In this document: piece after piece, positions 9,673 through 19,668 of the stretch
Layout of the letters: every line of letters begins with the position of its first letter
Position numbering within the stretch: position 1 is the first letter of the stretch
Sequence record: PP680568.1
Length of the DNA stretch: 64,000 nt
Origin: Enterococcus phage VRE9_2
Direction: 5' to 3' (one strand)
Translations under genes and position numbers: made by a program
The notes under the pieces: model-generated
Databases searched by the model: none
Seen by the model: only the letters and a program-made list of their open reading frames with translations
What the model was told of the DNA's origin: nothing

Positions 9673-10974
9673 TTAAATTTTAATCCAAATATCTCCTTCT
9701 CTACCTGCCTTACCTGGATCAGTAACACTAAAGAAAATTCTAACCCCTTTAAATGATATATATGATTGTTCAGAAGATAATGCAGTATCTGTTAATAGTT
9801 CGCCGTCACTCATTCTTAGATAATGATAATATCCGCTTTCTGTTGGTTGTCCACTACCAGCATAATTTCTAGGGAATAAAATAGCTGCATCACGACTACT
9901 AGAGTAATTTCTAAATACAAGCTGTCCAATACCATTCATTGCTCCACCATTTATATCAATAGCTGGTTTACGATTTAAATTACCTACATAAGTCAAATTA
10001 GGCTCAGAAATTTTTAACGCTGGCATACCTAAATATCGTTTAGTATCTCCAATCGTCATTTGACCTGCAGGAACATGAATTCGTCCAAAATTCAATGTTA
10101 AAGAACCACCAGTATTTCCATCAACACCACCAAAAATAATATCATTTAATTCTGTTCCACCATTACCACTTGTCGCTATAATTAACGAATCTGTTGGGCT
10201 TGTCGGAAATTGGAAATCTAATCTTCCAAAACTATTCCTAATACTTAATGGAAGTCCTGAGCCATCTGTGTCTAATACAAGACTTCCTGTCATGGTTTGA
10301 TTTATAGTTTTATCTAAATAATTTTCATGTTTATGATTTGCTGGAGCTAAATTTGTGTGAGTATGGTCGATAGGTGAATATTTTGCTTTCATTGTTTCTA
10401 ATAAAGTTTTACCAGCAGATGCTGCTAATGCTCTATCAGAAGCTGAACTATCTAATGTAGAAACTAATTCATCTTTACGGACATATTGACTGAAATCAAT
10501 TCCACCTTCACTTGGGGATGCACCAGTCACTTCATAAGGAACAAAAGTACTACCATTCCAACCAAGTAATGTATTAACTTTTAGATTTTCTCCTAGTGTA
10601 ACATCTTTAAGTTCTCCAATAGAAGAGTTGGTTGATAATACTGGTGCTCCTCCTACTCGTAATGCTCCAGTAAAATTGTTCCAATCTCCTTCCCACATAT
10701 TGTTTCCACCCTTAAGAGCTATTAAGGCTGCTTCAATACCTTGATCTTGAACAATCTTTGTAATCTCTGGAATCAAATCAGAAAAATCTGATACTGTATG
10801 TTTGTGACCTTTTTGAGAAACCTCATTCCATGATTCATTATTTTGTCCTGTGGCTACCCAAATAGCTCTAGGATTTGAACCTGTATCAATATAAGTTTGT
10901 CCATAATATTCAGCACTAATGGTTGGTTTACCTGTGCCGTATAGCATATTTCCTCTAGTAATATGAATTGACAT
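9673..10974 (-). CDS. Gly/Thr-rich protein with HTHTN motif; tail-fibre-like or receptor-binding-like
   Basis: 433 aa, G-rich, DHTHTNLAPANHKH similar to HxH motifs of phage fibre proteins; weak. Confidence 0.4.
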   Translation of the reverse strand: MSIHITRGNMLYGTGKPTISAEYYGQTYIDTGSNPRAIWVATGQNNESWNEVSQKGHKHTVSDFSDLIPEITKIVQDQGIEAALIALKGGNNMWEGDWNNFTGALRVGGAPVLSTNSSIGELKDVTLGENLKVNTLLGWNGSTFVPYEVTGASPSEGGIDFSQYVRKDELVSTLDSSASDRALAASAGKTLLETMKAKYSPIDHTHTNLAPANHKHENYLDKTINQTMTGSLVLDTDGSGLPLSIRNSFGRLDFQFPTSPTDSLIIATSGNGGTELNDIIFGGVDGNTGGSLTLNFGRIHVPAGQMTIGDTKRYLGMPALKISEPNLTYVGNLNRKPAIDINGGAMNGIGQLVFRNYSSSRDAAILFPRNYAGSGQPTESGYYHYLRMSDGELLTDTALSSEQSYISFKGVRIFFSVTDPGKAGREGDIWIKI

Positions 10975-11033
10975 TTATTTGTCCTCCTTTATAATCTTTC
11001 TCTTATGTATATTAAAAAGCTTTTAAACCTAAT

Positions 11034-11066
11034 ATAAAAAAAGAACCCTAAAAGATTAAAGGGTTC
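11034..11066 (-). terminator. rho-independent terminator (minus strand) after 11065..11550
   Basis: hairpin GAACCCTttaatcttttAGGGTTC followed by T7 on the minus strand. Confidence 0.6.
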
Positions 11067-11550
11067 AAAAACTTTCTGATGTTTTTAGAAAAATAATACC
11101 ATTGGAAATAAATTTTTGTCCCCAATAAGTATCTTCTATTTCTTTATACTCATCTTGATTTACAGGAATTGGCAATGTACTTCTTACAATAGTTTGCTGT
11201 TTCATAATCTCTTTTTTTAAACGTTCCCTTTTTGTATATTTGGTTACCATATAAGGCAATATAAATATAGCAGGAAAAACTAAAAGCATTGAAAGCAAAA
11301 TTACAAGAAAAGAACGGAAAGTAAAAATAGAAGCTACTCTATCTTCTTGCTCCCACCGTTTGGCTGGAAGTATAATTGATTGTTCAGTAAAATTCCAGCG
11401 TTCAATTAATAAATCTCTTTTTTCAATTGCATTCCGAGCTTTTTCTAACTCTATTTGATGCCGAACCAAAACTCTACTATTAAATAGCTCCACTTTTAAC
11501 CCTCCTAACCAATCAGGAATCCTGTGTTTTTCTATAAAATTCTTTAACAT
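11065..11550 (-). CDS. hypothetical membrane protein
   Basis: 161 aa with one hydrophobic TM segment. Confidence 0.4.
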   Translation of the reverse strand: MLKNFIEKHRIPDWLGGLKVELFNSRVLVRHQIELEKARNAIEKRDLLIERWNFTEQSIILPAKRWEQEDRVASIFTFRSFLVILLSMLLVFPAIFILPYMVTKYTKRERLKKEIMKQQTIVRSTLPIPVNQDEYKEIEDTYWGQKFISNGIIFLKTSESF

Positions 11551-11588
11551 GCGAAAAACAAGCTCGTCCTCCTTATCTATCTGGTTTT

Positions 11589-12209
11589 TTAAAACAATTT
11601 AATTTGGTGTGAAGAACCTTTCACATAATTTACTATTAACATAGCTAATTTACCAGGATCTACGTAAATAGAATTTAACCTATTATAAATGAAATTTATT
11701 TCGGTTAGATTTGAATCTTTTGGCTCGTTTACTAGAAGATTATAATTTTCTGACAAGTGGTATCCTAATCCAGGAATATTTTTAATAAAGATTGAAGTAC
11801 CATCATAAATATAATCAAAATATTTACTAGCAATTTTATCAAACCATAATACATCCTTCTCTGCTAATAAATACATATCTGGGTCTTCTAACAATTCCAT
11901 CAAAAAAATAATAGAATCCTTCGCCACCTTATTCCCTGCTTCTCTTGGGACAATATTGCCATATATGCTATAAAAGACTAGATATAAATCTTCTTTAGTT
12001 TTTATAGAACAAGCTTCGTTATCTTTTGCAATATGCTCTATTGTATTATAGTTTATAAATGAATTTAGGATAGGTCCAATAGGTTTATCAGACACAAAAA
12101 ATCTAATATCCTCCATTGAACGATTTTCTAAATATTGATTAAAATATTCTGTATAGACCAAAGGCCCGCTACCAAAGATAGCAGGCTGTCCAGTAAAATC
12201 TAACATCAT
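11589..12209 (-). CDS. hypothetical protein
   Basis: 206-aa ORF. Confidence 0.45.
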   Translation of the reverse strand: MMLDFTGQPAIFGSGPLVYTEYFNQYLENRSMEDIRFFVSDKPIGPILNSFINYNTIEHIAKDNEACSIKTKEDLYLVFYSIYGNIVPREAGNKVAKDSIIFLMELLEDPDMYLLAEKDVLWFDKIASKYFDYIYDGTSIFIKNIPGLGYHLSENYNLLVNEPKDSNLTEINFIYNRLNSIYVDPGKLAMLIVNYVKGSSHQIKLF

Positions 12210-12508
12210 AAAATTCCATCTCCTTCAGATTCCACATAGGCTTTAATAGCTGAATAGAATTCTGATGGTGCTTCAAAACCAGCATAATTTGCTACAACCA
12301 AACATTGTTGTACATAATCAATAAATCTATCAAAAATCTCTGGATTATCCTTGAAATATTCATCAGTATCCTTTTCCATAGTAAAAGCAAGCTTTGCTTC
12401 GCCCTCTTCTTCTAAATATTGGATACCAACTTTTTCATCAACAATTAATTCAAAGAAAAATTTCTCATATTGTATATTGTCCAATTTTATCACTCCAATT
12501 TCCTTCAT
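12206..12508 (-). CDS. hypothetical acidic protein
   Basis: 100-aa ORF. Confidence 0.4.
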   Translation of the reverse strand: MKEIGVIKLDNIQYEKFFFELIVDEKVGIQYLEEEGEAKLAFTMEKDTDEYFKDNPEIFDRFIDYVQQCLVVANYAGFEAPSEFYSAIKAYVESEGDGIL

Positions 12509-13484
12509 AGGTTTTTAATTCACAATCTCCACATATAGGCATATCAGAAAAAGCATTTGTTTTATTACAAGATAAACATTTTACAACAGATCCATATTTT
12601 AATATTTCAGATTCTTTTGGCTCTCCTATATATAAATTCTCTCTTTTTGATTTTATACCTAAAGTAAAATCATTATATACTTGACTTAAATTTGTTTTAT
12701 AAGTTTTTATATTATCGTCATGAACTGAAATAAAATTCTCTCCAAGAGAAGAGAAGAAAGTATTTTGTAAAGTATTTATTGTAAATTCTTCAATTCCGTT
12801 ATTTTTATAGGGATACTGCGTAGATAACATTGCTCCTTTATAATCTTTTGAGAAAACTCCCAAGCGTCTATAAATTTTTTTATCTACGTATTCAACATCA
12901 TTAAAATTGGGTTTCTCTGTCATTACATAAGTTAAAAATGTATAATTATCTAAACCTGCAGAATATCCTCCAGTATAATGCTCTCCCATAGGTTTATAAC
13001 ATGTAGTCCATCCTCTACCAACCCCCATCATTATAAAATCATAAGGATGAACAGATATAACCAAATAACTGGATGGGAGAATATATGAATTTTTTATTTG
13101 AGAATACATTAATACAATTTCTTCTCCCAATTCTGGAGTTTGATTAATAACCTTAGATAATTTTTTGCCAGAAGAATGTTTATTCTCTATTAAATCTGAA
13201 TCATTTAATAGTCCTGCTAATTTAAAGAAGCCAGCATCTATTTTTCTGGTTTCTTTATATCGTTCCTTAAATTCTTTTTTAAAATCTCTTTCTGCTTGTG
13301 TTTTTATAGCTTTTATATTATCTATTTTAAAAACTAATCTTAGATTATTATCCATCATAGCAATTATTTCTTTTTTCTTTTCAGCAACTTGACTGAAAAA
13401 ATTTTCATAATTATTATACGAAAAGAGACTAACCCCTTGAGAGAGGTTAATCTTTTCGTACTGACTTTTCATATTTTCTGTCAA
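12465..13484 (-). CDS. member A of W-x-SC paralog family; C-terminal zinc ribbon
   Basis: core ISVHPYDFIMMGVGRGWTTCYKP..GGYSAG...KKIYRRLGVF...LSTQYPYKNNG aligns with the ORFs at 14592 and 16957; C-terminal CLSCN...CGDC. Confidence 0.55.
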   Translation of the reverse strand: MTENMKSQYEKINLSQGVSLFSYNNYENFFSQVAEKKKEIIAMMDNNLRLVFKIDNIKAIKTQAERDFKKEFKERYKETRKIDAGFFKLAGLLNDSDLIENKHSSGKKLSKVINQTPELGEEIVLMYSQIKNSYILPSSYLVISVHPYDFIMMGVGRGWTTCYKPMGEHYTGGYSAGLDNYTFLTYVMTEKPNFNDVEYVDKKIYRRLGVFSKDYKGAMLSTQYPYKNNGIEEFTINTLQNTFFSSLGENFISVHDDNIKTYKTNLSQVYNDFTLGIKSKRENLYIGEPKESEILKYGSVVKCLSCNKTNAFSDMPICGDCELKTYEGNWSDKIGQYTI

Positions 13485-13496
13485 ATTTCCACCATC

Positions 13497-14570
13497 TTAC
13501 TTTCCGTCATTATTTATAGTTTCAGTATAACGTTCTTTTTGTGATACATCTTCTAAGTATTTTTCTCGACACTCATCGCATAAATGCGACAATACTTCAT
13601 TGTCTGTATCAGACCAAGAAACTGTCCCTTTATCTAAAAAGCAAAATTCGCATTGTTCAACTTCTTTTTTTTTATTGCGACTTTTATAGGGGATAAAACT
13701 CGTTTCATCATCGTCATAATTTAGATAATCCGATTCATCATAAACGTCTTCATCTCCCCAGTAACAATAAGAACCATTTTGATAATAATTAGAATATCCA
13801 TAGTTACCATATCCAGCATAAGAATCTTCTTTATACTCATAAAATTTAGGATTTTGATATTGGTCTTCTAAAATTTCCTTTACTTTTCTCTGGGTCTTAT
13901 ACATTTCGTTAATATAAATGCGTTCATAACATGTGTGTTCATCCATATAGCCTGCCGATAAATTTACTCCTGCGAAACCAAATTCAGGACAAACTTGACA
14001 AATGTCTGTATAAGATCCATTGTGAGTTTTAAAACCAAAACTATTAATATATTCTTCAAAATCTGTGTTATCTAAATAATAATAGACAGATTCTCCGAAA
14101 CCTTTTCGATCCAATTGAATAGCGAAATTAATCTCTGTTAAAGCTGTTTGTACATCTTCTCCAAAGTAATTTTCTACATTTTTTGTGAAGAAACTAGATC
14201 CAATAGTTCCAATTTCCTCATCCCAACAAAATAATACATGAGGACGATAGCCTTGTGTCAACATATCTAAAATGCTAAAAACTCCACAACGATCATCTCC
14301 ACCAATACCATCAGGACACCATAAAACATTTTTTTCTTTATCGTGGAAAATAGTTTCCTCTGTTGGAGCTACTGTATGGACTGTATCCAAATGAGCCAAC
14401 ATAAGAACAGGAATATCTCCTTTAGCATAAATAAAACTACCATCAACACGATAAATATCTCTAGAATCATACATTGATTCTATTTGACCTAATAAATAAA
14501 AATGAAGCCCCTCTTGTGTCATTTGTAAAATGTTTTTAAAGGTTTGTAAACCTAATTCTTTCTTTTGCAT
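13497..14570 (-). CDS. M20/M28-type zinc metallopeptidase-like protein with C-terminal zinc ribbon
   Basis: HLDTVH ... GGDDRCG ... WDEEIG ... DEHT motif order typical of the co-catalytic zinc peptidase fold; CEFC...CDEC tail. Confidence 0.55.
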   Translation of the reverse strand: MQKKELGLQTFKNILQMTQEGLHFYLLGQIESMYDSRDIYRVDGSFIYAKGDIPVLMLAHLDTVHTVAPTEETIFHDKEKNVLWCPDGIGGDDRCGVFSILDMLTQGYRPHVLFCWDEEIGTIGSSFFTKNVENYFGEDVQTALTEINFAIQLDRKGFGESVYYYLDNTDFEEYINSFGFKTHNGSYTDICQVCPEFGFAGVNLSAGYMDEHTCYERIYINEMYKTQRKVKEILEDQYQNPKFYEYKEDSYAGYGNYGYSNYYQNGSYCYWGDEDVYDESDYLNYDDDETSFIPYKSRNKKKEVEQCEFCFLDKGTVSWSDTDNEVLSHLCDECREKYLEDVSQKERYTETINNDGK

Positions 14571-14591
14571 TTTATAAAATTCCCCCTTTTT

Positions 14592-15791
14592 TTAATAATC
14601 CCAATCATCTTCGTCGTCCCAATATTCATCTTCATCATAATAAGCGTCTTCATCAAAAAGACCTCCAACTTCAATCGATCCATCAATAAAGAAATCACAA
14701 GTTGGGCTTATAACTGAATCAACACCTACTTCAAAACGAACATTGCATAATTCAGTTTCATCAGTTTCATCATAAAAATCTTTATTGAAATGTTTTCTTA
14801 AGATATTTTCAGAATTATTTTCTCCTTCAACATTGTATTTTTGTTTATCTAAAATAATCATTGGAACTTTATTCATAGTCCCATGTGTAATATCATTATA
14901 GTGAATTTCACTACTTTCTCTAATAGTATTTTCTGCATCAGAAGAATCAATAAATCCATAAGCAACATTATCTTCTCCAAAAGTATCTACAAATAATTTG
15001 CGTAAAGCTTTAGTATTATTTTTATTAACGCTTGGATATGAACGAGACAAATAAATAGCATCTAACTCTGTATTAAACATACCCATTCTACGCCAAATTT
15101 TATCTGGAATACTGTCTTGACTACCTAAAATAATTTGACAAATAAAACTTGAACCATCTAATAAATAAGAAACTGGTCCAGCACCATAACAACCATCAAT
15201 AATAGAATGACAAGAAGACCATTCTCTGGTTTTGTTTACAGACATCATTAAAATATCAAGAGGATCAATAGAAACTTCTAAAACTCCTCGAGCTAATAAT
15301 GATTCATTAAATGCTGACAAATAAATTTGTATTTGGTTAACTAGTTTTTTATTTTTTAGAACACGCTTAAGAGACTTAGAAATTTTTGCTCCAGCTTGAA
15401 ATGATTCGCCTAAAATTTCTTTATTTGTCATAAAACGGTTTTTTTGTAATTCTTCTAAAGAAAAACTACTAAAATAAAGTGCTATAATTTTTCCTTCATT
15501 TTCTTCCATGGTCATAGACTTAATTTTAGATAAAAATGAAGAATGAAAAGCATCTTTAATCTCTGAATTTGATAATGCGTTTTCAACGCTTCCTTCTAAT
15601 CTTAATTTATTCCCAAACTTCTGAAAAATAGGAAATTTTGCTTGAGCCCAATCTCTTGCCCATGCTCGTCTAGTATCTGTATCGAAACCACCATTGATGC
15701 TATATAAAATATTATCAATTTCTTCCCAAGATTTTTTCATCATTGGTTCCATCAAATTTAATTTTTCTTCGATAGTATATGTTTTTTCCAT
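14592..15791 (-). CDS. member B of W-x-SC paralog family; acidic C-terminal tail
   Basis: VSIDPLDILMMSVNKTREWSSCHS..GCYGAG...KIWRRMGMF..LSRSYP core; DEDAYYDEDEYWDDEDDWDY tail. Confidence 0.55.
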   Translation of the reverse strand: MEKTYTIEEKLNLMEPMMKKSWEEIDNILYSINGGFDTDTRRAWARDWAQAKFPIFQKFGNKLRLEGSVENALSNSEIKDAFHSSFLSKIKSMTMEENEGKIIALYFSSFSLEELQKNRFMTNKEILGESFQAGAKISKSLKRVLKNKKLVNQIQIYLSAFNESLLARGVLEVSIDPLDILMMSVNKTREWSSCHSIIDGCYGAGPVSYLLDGSSFICQIILGSQDSIPDKIWRRMGMFNTELDAIYLSRSYPSVNKNNTKALRKLFVDTFGEDNVAYGFIDSSDAENTIRESSEIHYNDITHGTMNKVPMIILDKQKYNVEGENNSENILRKHFNKDFYDETDETELCNVRFEVGVDSVISPTCDFFIDGSIEVGGLFDEDAYYDEDEYWDDEDDWDY

Positions 15792-15818
15792 TGCAAAATC
15801 TCCCTTTTTTTTATTTTA

Positions 15819-16061
15819 TTATTGTAAATTAAAATTTACTCCTTGTTTTGTTAAAAAATATTTTCGAGGAGTATCAGCAGTTTTGTCTACTAGTCCTTTT
15901 TTGTTTAATGAAGTTAATACACCTGGAACACCATTAGGCATCATAAATGCTAATTCTGCCACACGTTTCGAAAATACTGCATCTTCTTCTTTATCAATAT
16001 GAGCTTCTTGTAAAGCTTTTAAAACTTGCATACCTTTTTCTGTTAATTTAATTTCTTCCAT
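15819..16061 (-). CDS. small protein of the TPxxL..KKYKVK-tail family (divergent member)
   Basis: 80 aa; C-terminal NKKGLVDKTADTPRKYFLTKQG resembles the tails of the ORFs at 19278, 36189, 57477, 60924 and 63003. Confidence 0.4.
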   Translation of the reverse strand: MEEIKLTEKGMQVLKALQEAHIDKEEDAVFSKRVAELAFMMPNGVPGVLTSLNKKGLVDKTADTPRKYFLTKQGVNFNLQ

Positions 16062-16268
16062 TTAAAATCCGCTCCTATTTTTTATTATCAATTCATTTTC
16101 TATAATATAATTATAACAAATTGAACTAACTTTTTCAAATTGTGTGTTTACATAAGCTATCTGACTTTTTGTTTCTTTCATTTAACTTATAATTAATTAT
16201 ATCATTTAATATATAAAAACTCAAATAAAAAATCCCAATCATCTAGATTGGGATTAATTTTAAATAAT

Positions 16269-16583
16269 TTATGCTCCAGCTTGACTAACTGTAATTTCAA
16301 TTGTAGATTGATCAGAAAGAGTAGCTGTTCCTCCAGTTACTTTACCAGATTCGTCTGTTGTTAAGGCAATAGCCGTAATAGATTTTCCATCTGTACCATT
16401 TGCCCCAGCAGCTCCTTTTGCACCGGCATCCCCCTTGTCTCCTTTAGGTCCGGCAGGTCCAGTCTCACCTGGATCTCCTTTAGGTCCTTTTTGTTCTTGT
16501 AAGAAATCTACTAAAGAAGCAAATGATTCTTGTGTCATAGTTTTACCAGTTGCAAATAATGCTTTAATTTGTTCTGCGTTCAT
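16269..16583 (-). CDS. small collagen-like (Gly-X-Y repeat) protein
   Basis: GPKGDPGETGPAGPKGDKGDAGAKGAAGANGTDGKS, about 12 uninterrupted G-X-Y triplets in a 104-aa protein. Confidence 0.55.
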   Translation of the reverse strand: MNAEQIKALFATGKTMTQESFASLVDFLQEQKGPKGDPGETGPAGPKGDKGDAGAKGAAGANGTDGKSITAIALTTDESGKVTGGTATLSDQSTIEITVSQAGA

Positions 16584-16644
16584 TTTGTTTCCTCCTATTT
16601 TTAAATATATTTGAGAACTTATCTCTTTTTATTATGAAAAAGTC

Positions 16645-16860
16645 TTATTCTGCTTTTCCAACTTTTGCCTTACCTACTATAGCTTTTCCTACAATAGATT
16701 CTTCACCTAATTCTTCTTCTTTTTTATAAGCAATAGCTTTATCCGTAGGACAAATCATATAATAGAAATCTTCCGTTTTGTTTTTACGATAATTAATAAC
16801 CATATAATTTTCTTCATATTCTCGTCCACAATGAGAACATACATAAATATCTTTTTTCAT
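16645..16860 (-). CDS. small zinc-ribbon protein with C-terminal GKAIVGKAKVGKAE repeat; paralog of 602..853
   Basis: CSHCG...CPTDK; shared tail repeat. Confidence 0.5.
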   Translation of the reverse strand: MKKDIYVCSHCGREYEENYMVINYRKNKTEDFYYMICPTDKAIAYKKEEELGEESIVGKAIVGKAKVGKAE

Positions 16861-16956
16861 TCTCTTTCCTCCTTTTGGTAATCGCTAATACTATTAAAAA
16901 GACCTAATTTGAAACAATAAAATAAAGCCCTATTTTATAATAGGGCTTAAATCTTA

Positions 16957-18828
16957 TTATTCTTTTACTTCGCCAGTTAATAAGAAGTCAATGAATTCTT
17001 TATTAATAGGACTGTCTCCAGTCAAACGGAATTCAAAAGAACTATCTTCAAGAGGCTCCCATGAAAAACCTAAAGAATCTAAAATAATTTTAGTTTTTAA
17101 TTGAAATTCTTCTTCTCGATTTTCACATTTGAAAATATAATCCTTTAGAATTTCAAAACAATCTTTTTTAGATGTACCTAATTCTTGATACTTTTTGAAA
17201 ATTTTATTCATTTTCCAAGCTTCATCAAGAATGTTTGGTAGTTCCTGAGAAAAGATTTCTTTCCATTCATCAGAATCAATATCTTCTGTATTTTCATGAT
17301 ATTTTCCGTCAACTTTCCAAATAAAGCAATCATGGATACAAGCAGTTACTCCATTTGATAATTCTACAACATCTTCTTGAAGCATATAACTATCAAGAGT
17401 TTCGCACCATGCAGCATCAGAAGTTAAGAGATATTCTTCTAAATGATCTGAGTAAGTAGCATCTTTTGTATAAACCCAAGAATCTTCTTTGGAGCCAATC
17501 GCATGAACTGCTTCTTCTCCCCAAATATTTTCTCCTTCTTTGGTAGACCAAATGGTTTCTTCTCCACAGCATTCACAAACATAGACAATATCTCCAAAAG
17601 TATCTAATACTCGAACACCATAATCTTCATCAAAACGTTCTTCACAAGATGGACAAATTGATCTTGAACCATAGTAACATTCTTCACAAAGCCCTGAACA
17701 ATTTGCAGGATCATCTTTAGAACCACATTCGAGACAAACAAAGGCGCTTTGTGCATTAATTGGGATAGTTTTGCCTTCTTCCGCCTGAAAAAGAACAGGA
17801 GATCGTAAACCTCGAATTGCATCATTCCAGTTGAAAGCATCTACATAACCATATTCATTACAATCTGAACCATTTCTCCAACGAAAACGAGTTAAATTTT
17901 CTTCAATTTGGTTAATTTTCGCATTACCTTCCCAACCCAATAAAGATAAGGTTGCATTACTAATCATATTTTGTAATCCATTATTCAAACGGGGATATCC
18001 TTTTTGAGATAAAAGAACTGGAACAGTTTCTTCTTCATAGTCAACTTCAGAAACGAACATCATTTGACGCCATACTTTTGGAGCTAAATAACCAAACTCT
18101 TCTAAATCTTTTTCCATTACAGTAAAACCAACAAAAGCATCTGGTCCAACCATGTAACCTAGTGTACCATTATTATATTCACCTTCGTCAGGGTGCATAC
18201 ATGAACGCCAGCTATTTCCATAACTAATTAAGAATAAATCTTCTGGTCTGATAGATAGAACAATTTTTCGTCCATCAAAATTTGCCCCTGATGCAAAACT
18301 AGCCATTTCTCCACCAACAATTTTATTTTTAATGTCAGAAACCGCTTCTTTTAATTTCCTAGTTGAAGAAACGTTTTGAGCAGACAATACTGACATATCA
18401 ACTAAAGAGTTTAAAACTTTAGTTAAACGTTGTCCATGGAAAGGTAACATTTTGAATTCATCTTTCATAATTACCTTTTTATTTTCAACTCTGATTTTGT
18501 CAAAAGTATTATAAACTGATGTTTTAAAAACGTCAATGAAATTATAAGAAATATCCAAGTCACGTAAATCAGAATATAATCCATCATCTACATAATTTTT
18601 CATTTCTTCAAATGAAAATTCTTCCATGAAATCTTTGAAATCTTTAGGATCTAAGACAATCCTTCCATTTGTTCCATCAAAGATTTTTTGTAGGTAAGAG
18701 TTTTTCATTTCCATTCCTTTTGCATAATAATCTAAATATTGTGAGTCTGATAATGAGCCCCACTCATAAAATTCATTAAAGATTTCTTTTAAATTTGCTT
18801 TAACCTCTTCAACGCTATAATTTAACAT
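16957..18828 (-). CDS. member C of W-x-SC paralog family; large Cys-rich protein
   Basis: LSIRPEDLFLISYGNSWRSCMHP..GEYNNG...KVWRQMMFV...LSQKGYPRLNNG core; multiple CxxC pairs (CLECG, CEEC, CPSCE, CECCG). Confidence 0.55.
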   Translation of the reverse strand: MLNYSVEEVKANLKEIFNEFYEWGSLSDSQYLDYYAKGMEMKNSYLQKIFDGTNGRIVLDPKDFKDFMEEFSFEEMKNYVDDGLYSDLRDLDISYNFIDVFKTSVYNTFDKIRVENKKVIMKDEFKMLPFHGQRLTKVLNSLVDMSVLSAQNVSSTRKLKEAVSDIKNKIVGGEMASFASGANFDGRKIVLSIRPEDLFLISYGNSWRSCMHPDEGEYNNGTLGYMVGPDAFVGFTVMEKDLEEFGYLAPKVWRQMMFVSEVDYEEETVPVLLSQKGYPRLNNGLQNMISNATLSLLGWEGNAKINQIEENLTRFRWRNGSDCNEYGYVDAFNWNDAIRGLRSPVLFQAEEGKTIPINAQSAFVCLECGSKDDPANCSGLCEECYYGSRSICPSCEERFDEDYGVRVLDTFGDIVYVCECCGEETIWSTKEGENIWGEEAVHAIGSKEDSWVYTKDATYSDHLEEYLLTSDAAWCETLDSYMLQEDVVELSNGVTACIHDCFIWKVDGKYHENTEDIDSDEWKEIFSQELPNILDEAWKMNKIFKKYQELGTSKKDCFEILKDYIFKCENREEEFQLKTKIILDSLGFSWEPLEDSSFEFRLTGDSPINKEFIDFLLTGEVKE

Positions 18829-18844
18829 AAATGAAAAACTCCCT

Positions 18845-18895
18845 TTCTTTAACTTATATAAATATTATATCATTTTAAAAATTACTTTTCAAATA
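18845..18895 (-). promoter_or_regulatory. minus-strand promoter for 16957..18828 (TTGAAA-17-TATAAT, TGaTATAAT extended -10)
   Basis: reverse complement reads ttgaaaagtaatttttaaaatgaTATAATatttatataagttaaagaaagggag then ATG. Confidence 0.5.
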
Positions 18896-19130
18896 ATGTT
18901 TTTTAAAATCTAAACTTTATTTGAATTTTCGTTTCTAAAACTTGATTACAAAACTATTATATAATTTTAAAAAAAGTTTTTCAACCAAGAGCAACAAGGA
19001 TTTCGCCTCTGACTAAAAACGTATTTGACTTTTTTCGTTTAATATATATTTTTATAAATATTTTTTTATATAAAAAGGAAGTTTTTTGTTCGTGCATTAC
19101 AAATCGGCTCCCCCATCATTGCTCTCTTGG

Positions 19131-19160
19131 GTTGACTTTTTTATGTTCAATATATATAAT
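19131..19160 (+). promoter_or_regulatory. consensus sigma70-type promoter TTGACT-17-TATAAT
   Basis: ttgacttttttatgttcaatatatataat read directly. Confidence 0.55.
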
Positions 19161-19198
19161 TAATATAGAGTTTTGAGTAATTCTCAGAGTAAAAATTC

Positions 19199-19228
19199 TT
19201 GACTTTTTGATTATTATATGTTATAATT
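19199..19228 (+). promoter_or_regulatory. second tandem consensus promoter TTGACT-17-TATAAT
   Basis: ttgactttttgattattatatgttataat. Confidence 0.55.
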
Positions 19229-19277
19229 AATCATAAAGATAAATAAAGAATTAAAATTTGAAGGAGTGTATTTTTAA

Positions 19278-19646
19278 ATGAAAGAAGAAATTATTAAAAA
19301 ATTTATGAACGCCTTAAACATTTCAAGAGAAGCAGCTTTGGAGTTATATGATTATGATGAACGAGTAGAAAAAAGTAATAAGCCTGTAGAAGGGGAAATT
19401 GTAGTTAAAAAGGTTCCTAAAACTTCAAAGAAAAAAGGTATTCAAAAAGAAGAATTAGATGCAATGAAAGATTTGTTATCTAAAATGTTTCCGAATGGAG
19501 AAGAGTTTAAAAATAGTCAATTATCTCCATTATGTGAAGAATTAAACTTAACTAATAGACAGACTCCTTCAAGATTAAAAGCATTAAAAGAAGAAGGTTT
19601 CTTAGAAGACTTAGGTGGTTCACCTAAAAAATATAAGGTTAAATAA
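19278..19646 (+). CDS. small protein, TPxxL..KKYKVK-tail family (putative winged-helix DNA/RNA-binding)
   Basis: C-terminal NRQTPSRLKALKEEGFLEDLGGSPKKYKVK nearly identical to the tail of the ORF at 60924. Confidence 0.55.
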   Translation: MKEEIIKKFMNALNISREAALELYDYDERVEKSNKPVEGEIVVKKVPKTSKKKGIQKEELDAMKDLLSKMFPNGEEFKNSQLSPLCEELNLTNRQTPSRLKALKEEGFLEDLGGSPKKYKVK

Positions 19647-19668
19647 GACAAAATGTCTTGGTTTTTTC
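19645..19668 (+). terminator. rho-independent terminator
   Basis: AAGACAaaaTGTCTT hairpin followed by GGTTTTTT. Confidence 0.55.

Noticed and set aside
9673-10974. Calling this a definite tail fibre and the region a structural module
   Set aside because: Only a Gly-rich composition and one HxH-type motif support it. Neighbours are non-structural small genes. Kept as low-confidence.
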